Positions 46,479-53,988 of a DNA stretch of 64,000 bases are shown here, one piece after another. The stretch spans positions 1,788 to 65,787 of the forward strand of contig DULO01000093.1 of assembly GCA_012840345.1 (NCBI GenBank). Direction: 5' to 3'. The notes under the pieces are model-generated. The model saw only the letters and a program-made list of their open reading frames with translations, ran no database searches and was not told the origin of the DNA. Made by a program: the position numbers and the translations under genes. How positions within the stretch are numbered: the stretch's first letter is position 1; the number at the start of each line of letters is the position of its first letter. This stretch comes from Candidatus Fermentithermobacillaceae bacterium. GTDB lineage: Bacteria > Bacillota > Sulfobacillia > Fermentithermobacillales > Fermentithermobacillaceae.

Positions 46479-47642
46479 ATGACCTACAGATCGTTTGAAG
46501 AGATCAACGAGAAAATCAAAGAGCAAAAAGCCGTCGTATTCACCGCCGAAGAAATCCTCCGCGTGGTTGAGGAGAAAGGCATATCGCAAGCAGCCAAAGA
46601 GGTCGACGTCGTAACCACCGGGACCTTTGGACCCATGTGCTCCTCAGGCGCGTTTCTGAATTTCGGTCACTCGGACCCCCCGATTAAGATGACCAAGGTC
46701 TGGCTGAACGACGTCCCCGCTTACGCTGGGCTCGCTGCTGTGGACGCTTACATAGGCGCCACTGAGCTGTCTGAAACCCGCGGAATGGAGTATGGCGGAG
46801 CCCACGTCATCGAGGACCTCATCGCCGGCAAGAGCGTCCGTCTTAAGGCGACAGCTTACGGCACAGACTGCTACCCGCGCAAGGAAATCGAGAGCGACAT
46901 CACCAAGGACTCCATCAACCAGGCGTTCATGTTTAATCCCCGGAACTGCTATCAAAACTACGGAGCGGCGACCAACTCCACAGACAGGGTGATTTACACC
47001 TACATGGGCACGCTCCTGCCGCGTATGGGGAACGTCAACTACAGCACGTCGGGCGAGCTCAGTCCTCTCCTGAACGACCCATATTACCGGACGATAGGGC
47101 TCGGAACCCGCATTTTCCTTGGCGGCGCCCAGGGCTACGTGGCGTGGGAAGGCACCCAGCATAATCCCTGCCGGACCAGAAACGACTGCTCTGTCCCTAT
47201 AGGAGGAGCGGGGACCCTCTCCCTCATCGGAGACCTTAAGCAGATGAGCACGGAGTTCATCCGCGCTGGCGTCTTTGAGCGGTACGGCGTCACCTTGTTT
47301 GTGGGCGTCGGCATCCCCATCCCCATCCTGGACGAAGACATGATGAGGTTCGTCTCGGTCCGGAACCGGGATATCCAAACCAACGTGTTCGATTACGGCA
47401 TCCCGAAGCGGTCCAAACCTGTGGTAGCTACGGTCAATTACGAAGACCTGCGTAGCGGCAGCATAGAACTGAACGGCCGGCGGGTTCCGACAGCTCCCTT
47501 GTCCAGCCTTAAGAAGGCCAGGGACATCGCGCTGTCACTGAAGTCGTGGATACAGAAAGGTGAGTTCCTTTTGCAGCAACCGGTGCAGCCGCTTCCGTTG
47601 GAAGCCAGGCCCAAGACTCTCGAAGAAGTCGAGGTGAAGTAG
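46479..47642 (+). CDS. COG1900/DUF39 homocysteine-biosynthesis protein (MA1821-like sulfur-incorporation enzyme)
   Basis: 387 aa. The conserved VVTTGTFGPMCSSGAFLN and GLGTRIFLGGAQGYV blocks of the DUF39 family are present. It is immediately followed by a ferredoxin, as in the MA1821/MA1822 pair. Confidence 0.7.
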   Translation: MTYRSFEEINEKIKEQKAVVFTAEEILRVVEEKGISQAAKEVDVVTTGTFGPMCSSGAFLNFGHSDPPIKMTKVWLNDVPAYAGLAAVDAYIGATELSETRGMEYGGAHVIEDLIAGKSVRLKATAYGTDCYPRKEIESDITKDSINQAFMFNPRNCYQNYGAATNSTDRVIYTYMGTLLPRMGNVNYSTSGELSPLLNDPYYRTIGLGTRIFLGGAQGYVAWEGTQHNPCRTRNDCSVPIGGAGTLSLIGDLKQMSTEFIRAGVFERYGVTLFVGVGIPIPILDEDMMRFVSVRNRDIQTNVFDYGIPKRSKPVVATVNYEDLRSGSIELNGRRVPTAPLSSLKKARDIALSLKSWIQKGEFLLQQPVQPLPLEARPKTLEEVEVK

Positions 47643-47643
47643 G

Positions 47644-47868
47644 ATGGCGCGGGATATAGAGCGCAGCGCCCCGTGCGGTCTCAATGGGAGCATCTCCTGG
47701 AACGATGCAGTGTGCGTCCACTGCGGGGCGTGTACATCGGTATGCCCTGCCGAATGCCTGACTATGGACAAAGAGTCGTGGACCCTCGTCTTCGACAAGG
47801 GCAAGTGCCTGGCCTGCCAGGTCTGCGTCAAGGCGTGCCCGGTCGGGGCGATGAAGGTGACCGTCTAG
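47644..47868 (+). CDS. 4Fe-4S ferredoxin (partner of the COG1900 protein)
   Basis: 74 aa with two CxxCxxCxxxCP clusters (CVHCGACTSVCP; CLACQVCVKACP). Its start overlaps the preceding stop. Confidence 0.7.
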   Translation: MARDIERSAPCGLNGSISWNDAVCVHCGACTSVCPAECLTMDKESWTLVFDKGKCLACQVCVKACPVGAMKVTV

Positions 47869-47879
47869 CCGAGAGGCTG

Positions 47880-47995
47880 TCTCGCCAAGTAGGCCAGTTT
47901 GCCAGTGGGCCAGATCGCCAAGTGACCCAGTTCGCCAACTAAGCCAGTTCGCCAAGTAGGCCAGCTCGCCAAGTAGACCAGTTCACCAATCCGCC
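47880..47995. repeat. about 7 copies of a 17-bp tandem repeat (CGCCAAGTAGGCCAGTT) between the ferredoxin and the COG2122 gene
   Basis: CGCCAAGTAGGCCAGTT, TGCCAGTGGGCCAGAT, CGCCAAGTGACCCAGTT, CGCCAACTAAGCCAGTT, CGCCAAGTAGGCCAGCT and CGCCAAGTAGACCAGTT lie head to tail. Confidence 0.85.
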
Positions 47996-48046
47996 AAGTA
48001 GGCTATCTCAGCACCGGCCAGCCTGGCTTCGGGAGGTGCGGCATCA

Positions 48047-48934
48047 GTGTACGAACCGAGGACGTACCGGGACCTCTTCAAAGGCAGCAACCTGGTTTTC
48101 TTCAACTGCTCGGTCCGGGAGACGGACCTGCAGATCGGAGTCCATGCGCCTTCGGAGGTCCCGGCGGGGCATCCCGCACCGGATGGGCATCCGGCACCGG
48201 TCGGGCACCCCGCATCACTCGGGCATCCCGCATCTGCCGAGCATCCCGCATCACCCGAGCATCCCGCATCTGCCGAGCGTCTCGCATCACTCGAGCATCG
48301 TGCATCGGCAGGCACGCTCCAAACAGAGGCCTTCATGTCCGTCATACGACACCGCGCAGCCATCGAGGACTACGCAGCCCAACACCCTGAGTTCCTAACG
48401 TCGTTCGTCCCGCTGAAGCCCGCCGCGGACGCGCCCCTTATCGTCAAGAGGATGTGTTCCGCCGGTGAACTGGCAGGCGTCGGCCCGATGGCAGCCGTGG
48501 CGGGGGCAATCAGCGAGTTTGTCGGCATGGACTTGCTCAGGTTCACCCCGGAAGTGATCGTCGAAAACGGCGGGGACATCTTCCTGAAGACGCTATCCAT
48601 AAGGAGAGTAGGCATCTACGCGGGGTCTTCGCCGCTGAGCGAGAAGATTGCCCTGGAGATACCTCCGGCCTCTACCCCGCTGGGCATCTGCACGTCGTCA
48701 GGCACGGTCGGCCATTCGGTGAGTTTCGGACGCGCCGATGCAGCGGTAATCCTCGCGCGTGACACTGCCCTGGCCGACGCGGCGGCTACGGCCGTCGGGA
48801 ACATGGTTCAGTCGGACGCCGACTTGAAGAAAGCCGTGAGGTTTGCGTCTAAGATACCCGGCGTGTCGGGGGCCGTGGTCATCCTCGGCGACAAGATGGC
48901 GGTGTGGGGAGATGTGAAGCTGGTAGGATTGTGA
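48047..48934 (+). CDS. UPF0280 / COG2122 ApbE-like protein carrying an in-frame tandem-repeat insertion
   Basis: 295 aa. It has an MYEPRTYRDLF... N-terminus and a C-terminal region (LKPAADAPLIVKRMCSAGELAGVGPMAAVAGAISEFVG...) consistent with the ApbE-like UPF0280 family. Residues ~37-90 are HPAS(A/P)E-type repeats encoded by 15-bp tandem repeats. Confidence 0.5.
   Translation: MYEPRTYRDLFKGSNLVFFNCSVRETDLQIGVHAPSEVPAGHPAPDGHPAPVGHPASLGHPASAEHPASPEHPASAERLASLEHRASAGTLQTEAFMSVIRHRAAIEDYAAQHPEFLTSFVPLKPAADAPLIVKRMCSAGELAGVGPMAAVAGAISEFVGMDLLRFTPEVIVENGGDIFLKTLSIRRVGIYAGSSPLSEKIALEIPPASTPLGICTSSGTVGHSVSFGRADAAVILARDTALADAAATAVGNMVQSDADLKKAVRFASKIPGVSGAVVILGDKMAVWGDVKLVGL
48160..48300 (+). repeat. 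about 9 copies of a 15-bp tandem repeat (GAGCATCCCGCATCW) inside the COG2122 CDS, in frame
   Basis: GGGCATCCCGCACCG, GATGGGCATCCGGCA, ..., GAGCATCCCGCATCT and GCCGAGCATCCCGCATCA encode HPAPDGHPAPVGHPASLGHPASAEHPASPEHPASAE. Confidence 0.85.
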
Positions 48935-49048
48935 GCCTGAACTCGCGGTCACGCTGTTGATTAACTGGTTGTTTCCCGCGACGCTCCCGCGTTGAAGGGA
49001 TGGATGGTCGCGTCGTAGAAACTCTGAGAGACTCTGGCCGCAGCTTTT

Positions 49049-49711
49049 TTGCATGTTCTACTCACGGGGTGGTGGTTTCGCTTGCAGACGGTCACCGTAA
49101 TCACGGCCGACATAATTGACTCCAGGCAGGCATTAGACCAAGTCGCGAAGCTGCCCAAAGCACTGTCGACGATACATCACGATCTTTTGTTGACCCCTTT
49201 CTCCCTCTCTAGGGGCGATGAAATACAGGCGGTCTGTCGCGGGACACTGGAAGCGCCTGAGCTAATAAGACACTTGAGATATGCGTGTTTCCCTCTCAAG
49301 TTGCGGGTCGCGGTCGGCCTTGGCGAATACGAAGGCGAAGGCGAAGGCGAACGTCAAGCCGTCACTTCGTGGCAGATGAACGGCACCGCATTTTTGAGGG
49401 CACGAGATGCTATCGATAGGCTAAAGAAGACTCGTGACACAAAGACCGCTCTATCCTCAGGGGATCCCCGGCTAGACTTGATTGCCAACACTATCCTTTC
49501 TCTGATTGACGCTATCCAAGACAAGTGGACAAAGGAACAATGGGATGCCGTCCACGCTTACGAGAAAGCAGGCACGTTAGCGGCGGCTGCCGATATACTT
49601 GGAGTTAGCTACCAGAGCGTGCAGAAAAGGTGCAAAGCCGCGAAGTGGTCTGCTGTGGAGCAGGCTGAAAAATCCCTTCCGGCCATTTGTAAGAGCATCG
49701 GCTATTGGTGA
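49049..49711 (+). CDS. satD: SatD-family protein
   Basis: The N-terminus TVTVITADIIDSRQ matches the SatD family signature (xAVITGDIINSR). The start could be the TTG at 49081. Confidence 0.6.
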   Translation: MHVLLTGWWFRLQTVTVITADIIDSRQALDQVAKLPKALSTIHHDLLLTPFSLSRGDEIQAVCRGTLEAPELIRHLRYACFPLKLRVAVGLGEYEGEGEGERQAVTSWQMNGTAFLRARDAIDRLKKTRDTKTALSSGDPRLDLIANTILSLIDAIQDKWTKEQWDAVHAYEKAGTLAAAADILGVSYQSVQKRCKAAKWSAVEQAEKSLPAICKSIGYW

Positions 49712-49942
49712 AACCGTAGTGGAACGACAACTCCACACCCACTACGGGTTGCATTAACGGTTTTCGCCCTTCTGAGGGTGTGCGGTGTCAAGTTGCCGGC
49801 TCGTGGCCGCGATGGTTTAACGATGATTCAACGATGGTTCAACCTCAATAGTTCAACTTCGGAGGGTTGAAATCGAGAGTTTCAACCTCTATGCGTTGAT
49901 CACCATGAAAAACGGCCACTACGGAGGTACAGGCTTACGGAG

Positions 49943-50734
49943 GTGCGGGTGAGTATGGTGACTTTTCTCCTCCTCGGGCTGCTTGCCCACACCATAGCTG
50001 ATTTCCTGCTCCAAACTGACACCATCGTCGAAACGAAAAACTCCCTCTCCCCCAAAGGGTTTCTGGTTCACGGCTCACGCGTGGCAATTCTCTCGGTCAT
50101 TGGTCTACACATCTATGGAGTCCGGGGCTTGATCGCAACGCTTATGATCACAGTCACTCACGTGTTTATTGACCTTGGCAAGTGCTACTTAGATAGAAAC
50201 GCCGGTTCCTCTCAGCGGCTTCTGGTTTTTGTGGTTGACCAGGTCCTTCACTTGTTGAGCTTTCTGGCTGTGTTCGAAATAGTGGAGCCCAGCTTCAGCC
50301 AATCAGTCCTGAACTTCTACGGGCGCTGGTTATTTCCGAAAGCGAGAAGCGTCATGAGCTCTCTCCTGGCCAAGACTGGGCTGTCTCTAGATAGGTTTCT
50401 CCTTGTCGCCCTTGGGTACGTAATTGTCATGCCGGTTGGGGCAGTGATAGTCAGGATGGTGTTGGACGCGTTCAACAAAGAGCTGGACCGCGATTCATCC
50501 ACGCAAGCCGGCCGGTATATCGGAATGGCGGAACGAGCGCTGATGCTGACCCTGGTCTTGGCAGACGCTTTGACCGCGGTCGCGTTCGTGATTACGGCCA
50601 AATCACTTGCGAGGTTCGAAAAACTAACCACTGACAAAGCTTTTGGGGAGTATTACCTCGTGGGCACTCTGGCCAGCACTCTTCTAGCCATCGCGGTAGG
50701 CTTAACGATAAGAGGTCTTGTCAGGGTAATATGA
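49943..50734 (+). CDS. DUF3307-family integral membrane protein (SatD-associated)
   Basis: 263 aa with several TM helices. The N-terminus HTIADFLLQTD is typical of DUF3307. Pairing with satD is a known gene-neighbourhood association. Confidence 0.55.
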   Translation: MRVSMVTFLLLGLLAHTIADFLLQTDTIVETKNSLSPKGFLVHGSRVAILSVIGLHIYGVRGLIATLMITVTHVFIDLGKCYLDRNAGSSQRLLVFVVDQVLHLLSFLAVFEIVEPSFSQSVLNFYGRWLFPKARSVMSSLLAKTGLSLDRFLLVALGYVIVMPVGAVIVRMVLDAFNKELDRDSSTQAGRYIGMAERALMLTLVLADALTAVAFVITAKSLARFEKLTTDKAFGEYYLVGTLASTLLAIAVGLTIRGLVRVI

Positions 50735-50784
50735 CAGCCGAACTTACGATGTTCCGCTAAATCGGGCTGTGCAAGCAATAAAAA

Positions 50785-50861
50785 TGGTGGCCCCAACGGG
50801 AATCGAACCCGTGTTACCGCCTTGAAAGGGCGGTGTCTTAACCTCTTGACCATGGGGCCAC
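50785..50861 (-). tRNA. tRNA-Glu (anticodon UUC)
   Basis: The reverse complement GTGGCCCCATGGTCAAGAGGTTAAGACACCGCCCTTTCAAGGCGGTAACACGGGTTCGATTCCCGTTGGGGCCACCA folds as a cloverleaf. The anticodon loop is CTTTCAA and CCA is encoded. Confidence 0.85.
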
Positions 50862-50886
50862 GTCAAATCTTAGTCCTAGATCAAAA

Positions 50887-50961
50887 TGGTGCGCCCGGGG
50901 TGCATCGAACACCCGACCAATCGGTTATGAGCCGACCGCTCTGCCACTGAGCTACGGGCGC
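50887..50961 (-). tRNA. tRNA-Met (anticodon CAU; elongator, or a possible Ile2 lysidine tRNA)
   Basis: The reverse complement GCGCCCGTAGCTCAGTGGCAGAGCGGTCGGCTCATAACCGATTGGTCGGGTGTTCGATGCACCCCGGGCGCACCA has the anticodon loop CTCATAA. G1-C72 are paired, so it is not an initiator tRNA. Confidence 0.8.
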
Positions 50962-50974
50962 ATTACTCAGGTAG

Positions 50975-51051
50975 TGGCTCCTCGAGCAGGACTCGAACCT
51001 GCAACCCTCCGGTTAACAGCCGGATGCTCTGCCATTGAGCTATCGAGGAGC
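50975..51051 (-). tRNA. tRNA-Asn (anticodon GUU)
   Basis: The reverse complement GCTCCTCGATAGCTCAATGGCAGAGCATCCGGCTGTTAACCGGAGGGTTGCAGGTTCGAGTCCTGCTCGAGGAGCCA has the anticodon loop CTGTTAA and CCA is encoded. Confidence 0.85.
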
Positions 51052-51287
51052 GACATAGATAGTCTACTCAGTAGAAAGTCTGTTGTCAACACGCTTGGGC
51101 TGGGTTTTGTGCCGTTCTTCAGCCACTCTTGGCAGGCATATCCCCGGGTTTTTTCACTACCACTCCGGTCCCGATCGCGGTTACCGTAGGTACTCCCTCA
51201 ATCATGGCGAGCTCCATATCAACCCCAATCACAGCACCGCATCCGGCCGCGCAGGATCAAGACGATGTGCTTTGCTTCTCTCCATTT

Positions 51288-51870
51288 CGCCTCAAACTCA
51301 GCGCTACGGGTACCCAAGAAACCGGCCCACTGGGCAGATACCTCACCCCACCATCCCGGCCCCAGGACTACCTCTGCCGTTATGATTCCAACCGCGCGCT
51401 CAATCTCGTAACCCGGCAAGTATTGAATGGCGATTCCTCCACCGCTTTCGCCTACCGATCGAACCATCAACCGCACACTCACCGGGCAGGCTCGTCGCCG
51501 AAATGCTTCAAAATGAAGCGTTTCTTCCGTGACAACGCATCGATTTGAGGCAAAGCAGGCTTCTTACAAACTCCTTCGGCATGGAAGCCGGAGACCGTGC
51601 TTCCCTTTGCGCCTCATCAGGCCATGTATACTCCGCCCTGCGCCTCGTCATCACGCGCCCGCCCCTCTGTGCTCCTCATCACTGGCAATCCGCTTCAAAC
51701 TGAAGCAGAGCAACTAGGAAGCCTCTCGCGCCCCATCCCAAATCACGGACTTTGCTTCGATTTAAGGCATACTTGCGGAAACGCCGCCCTTCCACGCGCC
51801 TCATCACGATGGAAAGGTTCGGTTTCGTGGCACATCCCAATTTCGTGGCGCCTCCCTCAGATGAAGCGGC
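51288..51870. repeat. 3-4 degenerate copies of a ~175-bp direct repeat in a ~1-kb non-coding stretch next to the tRNA cluster
   Basis: The palindromic motif GCTTCAAA(A/C)TGAAGC recurs at ~51503 and ~51683, with a weaker copy at ~51855. A TCGATTT(G/A)AGGCA block and a CGCCTCATCA(C)G block also recur at a similar period. There is no convincing ORF. Confidence 0.4.
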
Positions 51871-52133
51871 GCCTGTTGCCCCATCCAGGTGTCGAAAGCC
51901 TGCGCAAAACCGGCTCCTGCAGACGGCAGTCCGTCCAGTGGTTGCGCGTCAACAAGCCGCTGAACCCTATACGCAGGAGCCACAGTGTCGTAAGGTCGGA
52001 TAAGCACGAAGCTCGTGTGAGCACAGAGCTCGGATAAGCGCCAAGGTCGGAGATGCACAAAGGTCCTACAAACATATAGATAGCTATGATGGTGGTCACA
52101 TAGCCTCGCGACGGAAAACGGCTGGCGGACGCC

Positions 52134-52349
52134 TTGGCGGCGGCGAGCTTGCCGAGGGCGAGCTCAAGCGGGATGAGGAGTGGAGGTGGGTACAACTTGG
52201 CCCCTAAGAAGGACATCGTCCAGGTTAAGAACCCAAAAACCGACCGGTATGTGAAAATCGACCGGGAAGCGGGACGGATAGTCGCTCACAAGAAGACCCC
52301 GGGACCGTACAAGAACATACCTGTCGCGGGGAAGCAGGAAGAGCATTGA
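52134..52349 (+). CDS. small basic hypothetical protein (51 aa from the TTG at 52197, or 71 aa from the ATG at 52134)
   Basis: A strong GAGGAGTGGAGGTGG ribosome-binding site lies 7 nt upstream of the TTG at 52197. The product (L)APKKDIVQVKNPKTDRYVKIDREAGRIVAHKKTPGPYKNIPVAGKQEEH is Lys-rich. Its stop overlaps the start of the next gene (TTGA). Confidence 0.35.
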   Translation: MAAASLPRASSSGMRSGGGYNLAPKKDIVQVKNPKTDRYVKIDREAGRIVAHKKTPGPYKNIPVAGKQEEH

Positions 52350-53014
52350 TTTTGTACGACCCCCTTAGCGGTGACGCCTGTACGACTCCGGTAGCGCTGC
52401 GCCCGCGCACGTGCTTCCTTATGACCAAGTTGGGAAAGAACGTCCCTCCCGTAGTCGACGAAATCAGGGAACGAATTGCCGCCATCACAGCAGAGCGGAA
52501 CATCAATATCATTGACGCCAACAGCATAACCACAGGCAAAGACTTCCTTCTGAAGATCTGGAGGCTCATCGTAAGCGTCCCTGTCGGGATAGCGATCATA
52601 TACAAGTCCATGCCCAAAACCACCATGAGCAACGTTTTCTACGAAGTAGGGCTGATGCAGGCGCTGGGCAAAGAGACCCTCATCGTGAAGGAACCAAGTA
52701 CAGAGGTGCCGTCGGATTTCGTGAGGACAGAGTACATTTCATTTGACAAGAGCTTCGACCTGAAACTGAAGGCTTTCCTGGATAGCCTCAAAGAAAGGGC
52801 GGACTACTTCGGAACAGTGGCGGAACAGCTGGAACGGAACCCTCTCCTGTCCATCGACTACTACAGGCGGGCCTACCTCCTGACAGGTGATGAGAAGTGG
52901 CGCAAGAACGCCGCTGAGGTGCTGACAAACGCCGGACTTGACGGCCGCTCCAAGAACAGCGTTGAGTTGCTGTTGGCGAGTTTCTGCTACGGCAAGTTCA
53001 GTCAGGGCGCTTGA
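52346..53014 (+). CDS. nucleoside 2-deoxyribosyltransferase-like / TIR-like (SLOG superfamily) protein of unknown function
   Basis: 222 aa. An N-terminal flavodoxin-like pattern (CFLMTKLG ... NINIIDANS ... NVFYEVGLMQALGKETLIVKE) resembles the NDT active-site block (DSGTAFEIGYAAALGKPVV). The C-terminal ~90 aa are helical. Confidence 0.45.
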   Translation: MILYDPLSGDACTTPVALRPRTCFLMTKLGKNVPPVVDEIRERIAAITAERNINIIDANSITTGKDFLLKIWRLIVSVPVGIAIIYKSMPKTTMSNVFYEVGLMQALGKETLIVKEPSTEVPSDFVRTEYISFDKSFDLKLKAFLDSLKERADYFGTVAEQLERNPLLSIDYYRRAYLLTGDEKWRKNAAEVLTNAGLDGRSKNSVELLLASFCYGKFSQGA

Positions 53015-53029
53015 GCGGATCGGACACGA

Positions 53030-53200
53030 CGTAATCATTCTGTGGTGTGTTTGCCGCAGCAGATTTGGCTAAAGCGCAAGACACGTCGGTCACGACGGGG
53101 GCGCACCGCGCTTGCGTTGGCTGTCTTTGTCGCGGCAGATCTAGTCAAAGCGCAAGTACACGTCGGATGCAACGTGGTTACACCGCGGTTGCTTTGCGCT
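53030..53200. repeat. two copies of a ~85-bp direct repeat, each with an internal imperfect palindrome around AAAGCGCAAG
   Basis: GCCGCAGCAGATTTGGCTAAAGCGCAAGACACGTCGGTCACGACGGG is followed by GTCGCGGCAGATCTAGTCAAAGCGCAAGTACACGTCGGATGCAACGTGG. Each is followed by a ...GCG(C)TTGCG... segment. Confidence 0.6.
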
Positions 53201-53202
53201 GC

Positions 53203-53913
53203 CTAGACTCCCCCTAGGTACGCTTCCCGCACCCGGGGATGAGTCTGCAGTTCGCTTGCCGGACCCTCCAGCACGACCTTGCCCGTCTCCAGACAGTACG
53301 CGCGGTGAGCGACCCGCAATGCCATGAAGGCGTTTTGCTCGACCAAGAAAATGGTGGTGCCTTCACTGTTAATCCGGCGGATGATGGCGAAGATCTCTTC
53401 CACAAGGATGGGCGCCAATCCCATAGAAGGCTCATCCAGCAACAACAGTGACGGCCTGCTCATGAGCGCCCGGCCTATGGCGAGCATCTGCTGCTCGCCG
53501 CCCGACAGAGTGCCTGCCAGCTGCTTGGCTCGTTCCTTGAGCCTAGGGAAGCTGGCGTAGACCCTCTCCACGCTCTCGGCGATCTCCGCTGGGTTCTTAC
53601 GGGTGTAGGCGCCCATCATCAGGTTCTCCCATACCGTAAGATTACCGATAATCCTGCGCCCTTCGGGGACGTGGGAGATCCCTCTCTTGACGATGGCGTG
53701 GGCAGGCATGCGGGTGATGTCCTCTCCTTTGAAAAGGATCTGTCCCCGCCTCGCCCGCTCAAGGCCCGAAATGGTCTTGAGGATGGTGGACTTGCCGGCC
53801 CCGTTGGCGCCGATCAGCGTGACTATCTCCCCTTCGTTCACGCTAAGCGAGACTCCGTGAAGCGCCTGGATATTGCCGTAGAAGACCTCAAGGTTCTTGG
53901 CTTCCAGCATCAT
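53203..53913 (-). CDS. livF: branched-chain amino acid ABC transporter ATP-binding protein LivF
   Basis: MLEAKNLEVFYGNIQALHGVSL...GANGAGKST, with Walker A and the ABC signature. The start was trimmed from the ORF track. Confidence 0.9.
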   Translation of the reverse strand: MMLEAKNLEVFYGNIQALHGVSLSVNEGEIVTLIGANGAGKSTILKTISGLERARRGQILFKGEDITRMPAHAIVKRGISHVPEGRRIIGNLTVWENLMMGAYTRKNPAEIAESVERVYASFPRLKERAKQLAGTLSGGEQQMLAIGRALMSRPSLLLLDEPSMGLAPILVEEIFAIIRRINSEGTTIFLVEQNAFMALRVAHRAYCLETGKVVLEGPASELQTHPRVREAYLGGV

Positions 53914-53988
53914 GATACCGCCGCTCCCCTTCGCAAATATCTCCACCGTCACTGTCACGATGTTGCCGTAACGCAAGACTCTCCAGCA

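Noticed and set aside
48935-49048. Possible terminator GGCCGCAGCTTTTTTGC after the COG2122 gene
   Set aside because: The stem is short and imperfect, so it was not annotated as a feature. It might still be a weak terminator.
51083-52216. ORFs of 60-146 aa in the 1-kb region upstream of the tRNA cluster
   Set aside because: They overlap on both strands and lack ribosome-binding sites. Their composition follows the DNA repeats, and no family was recognised. The region was treated as non-coding.
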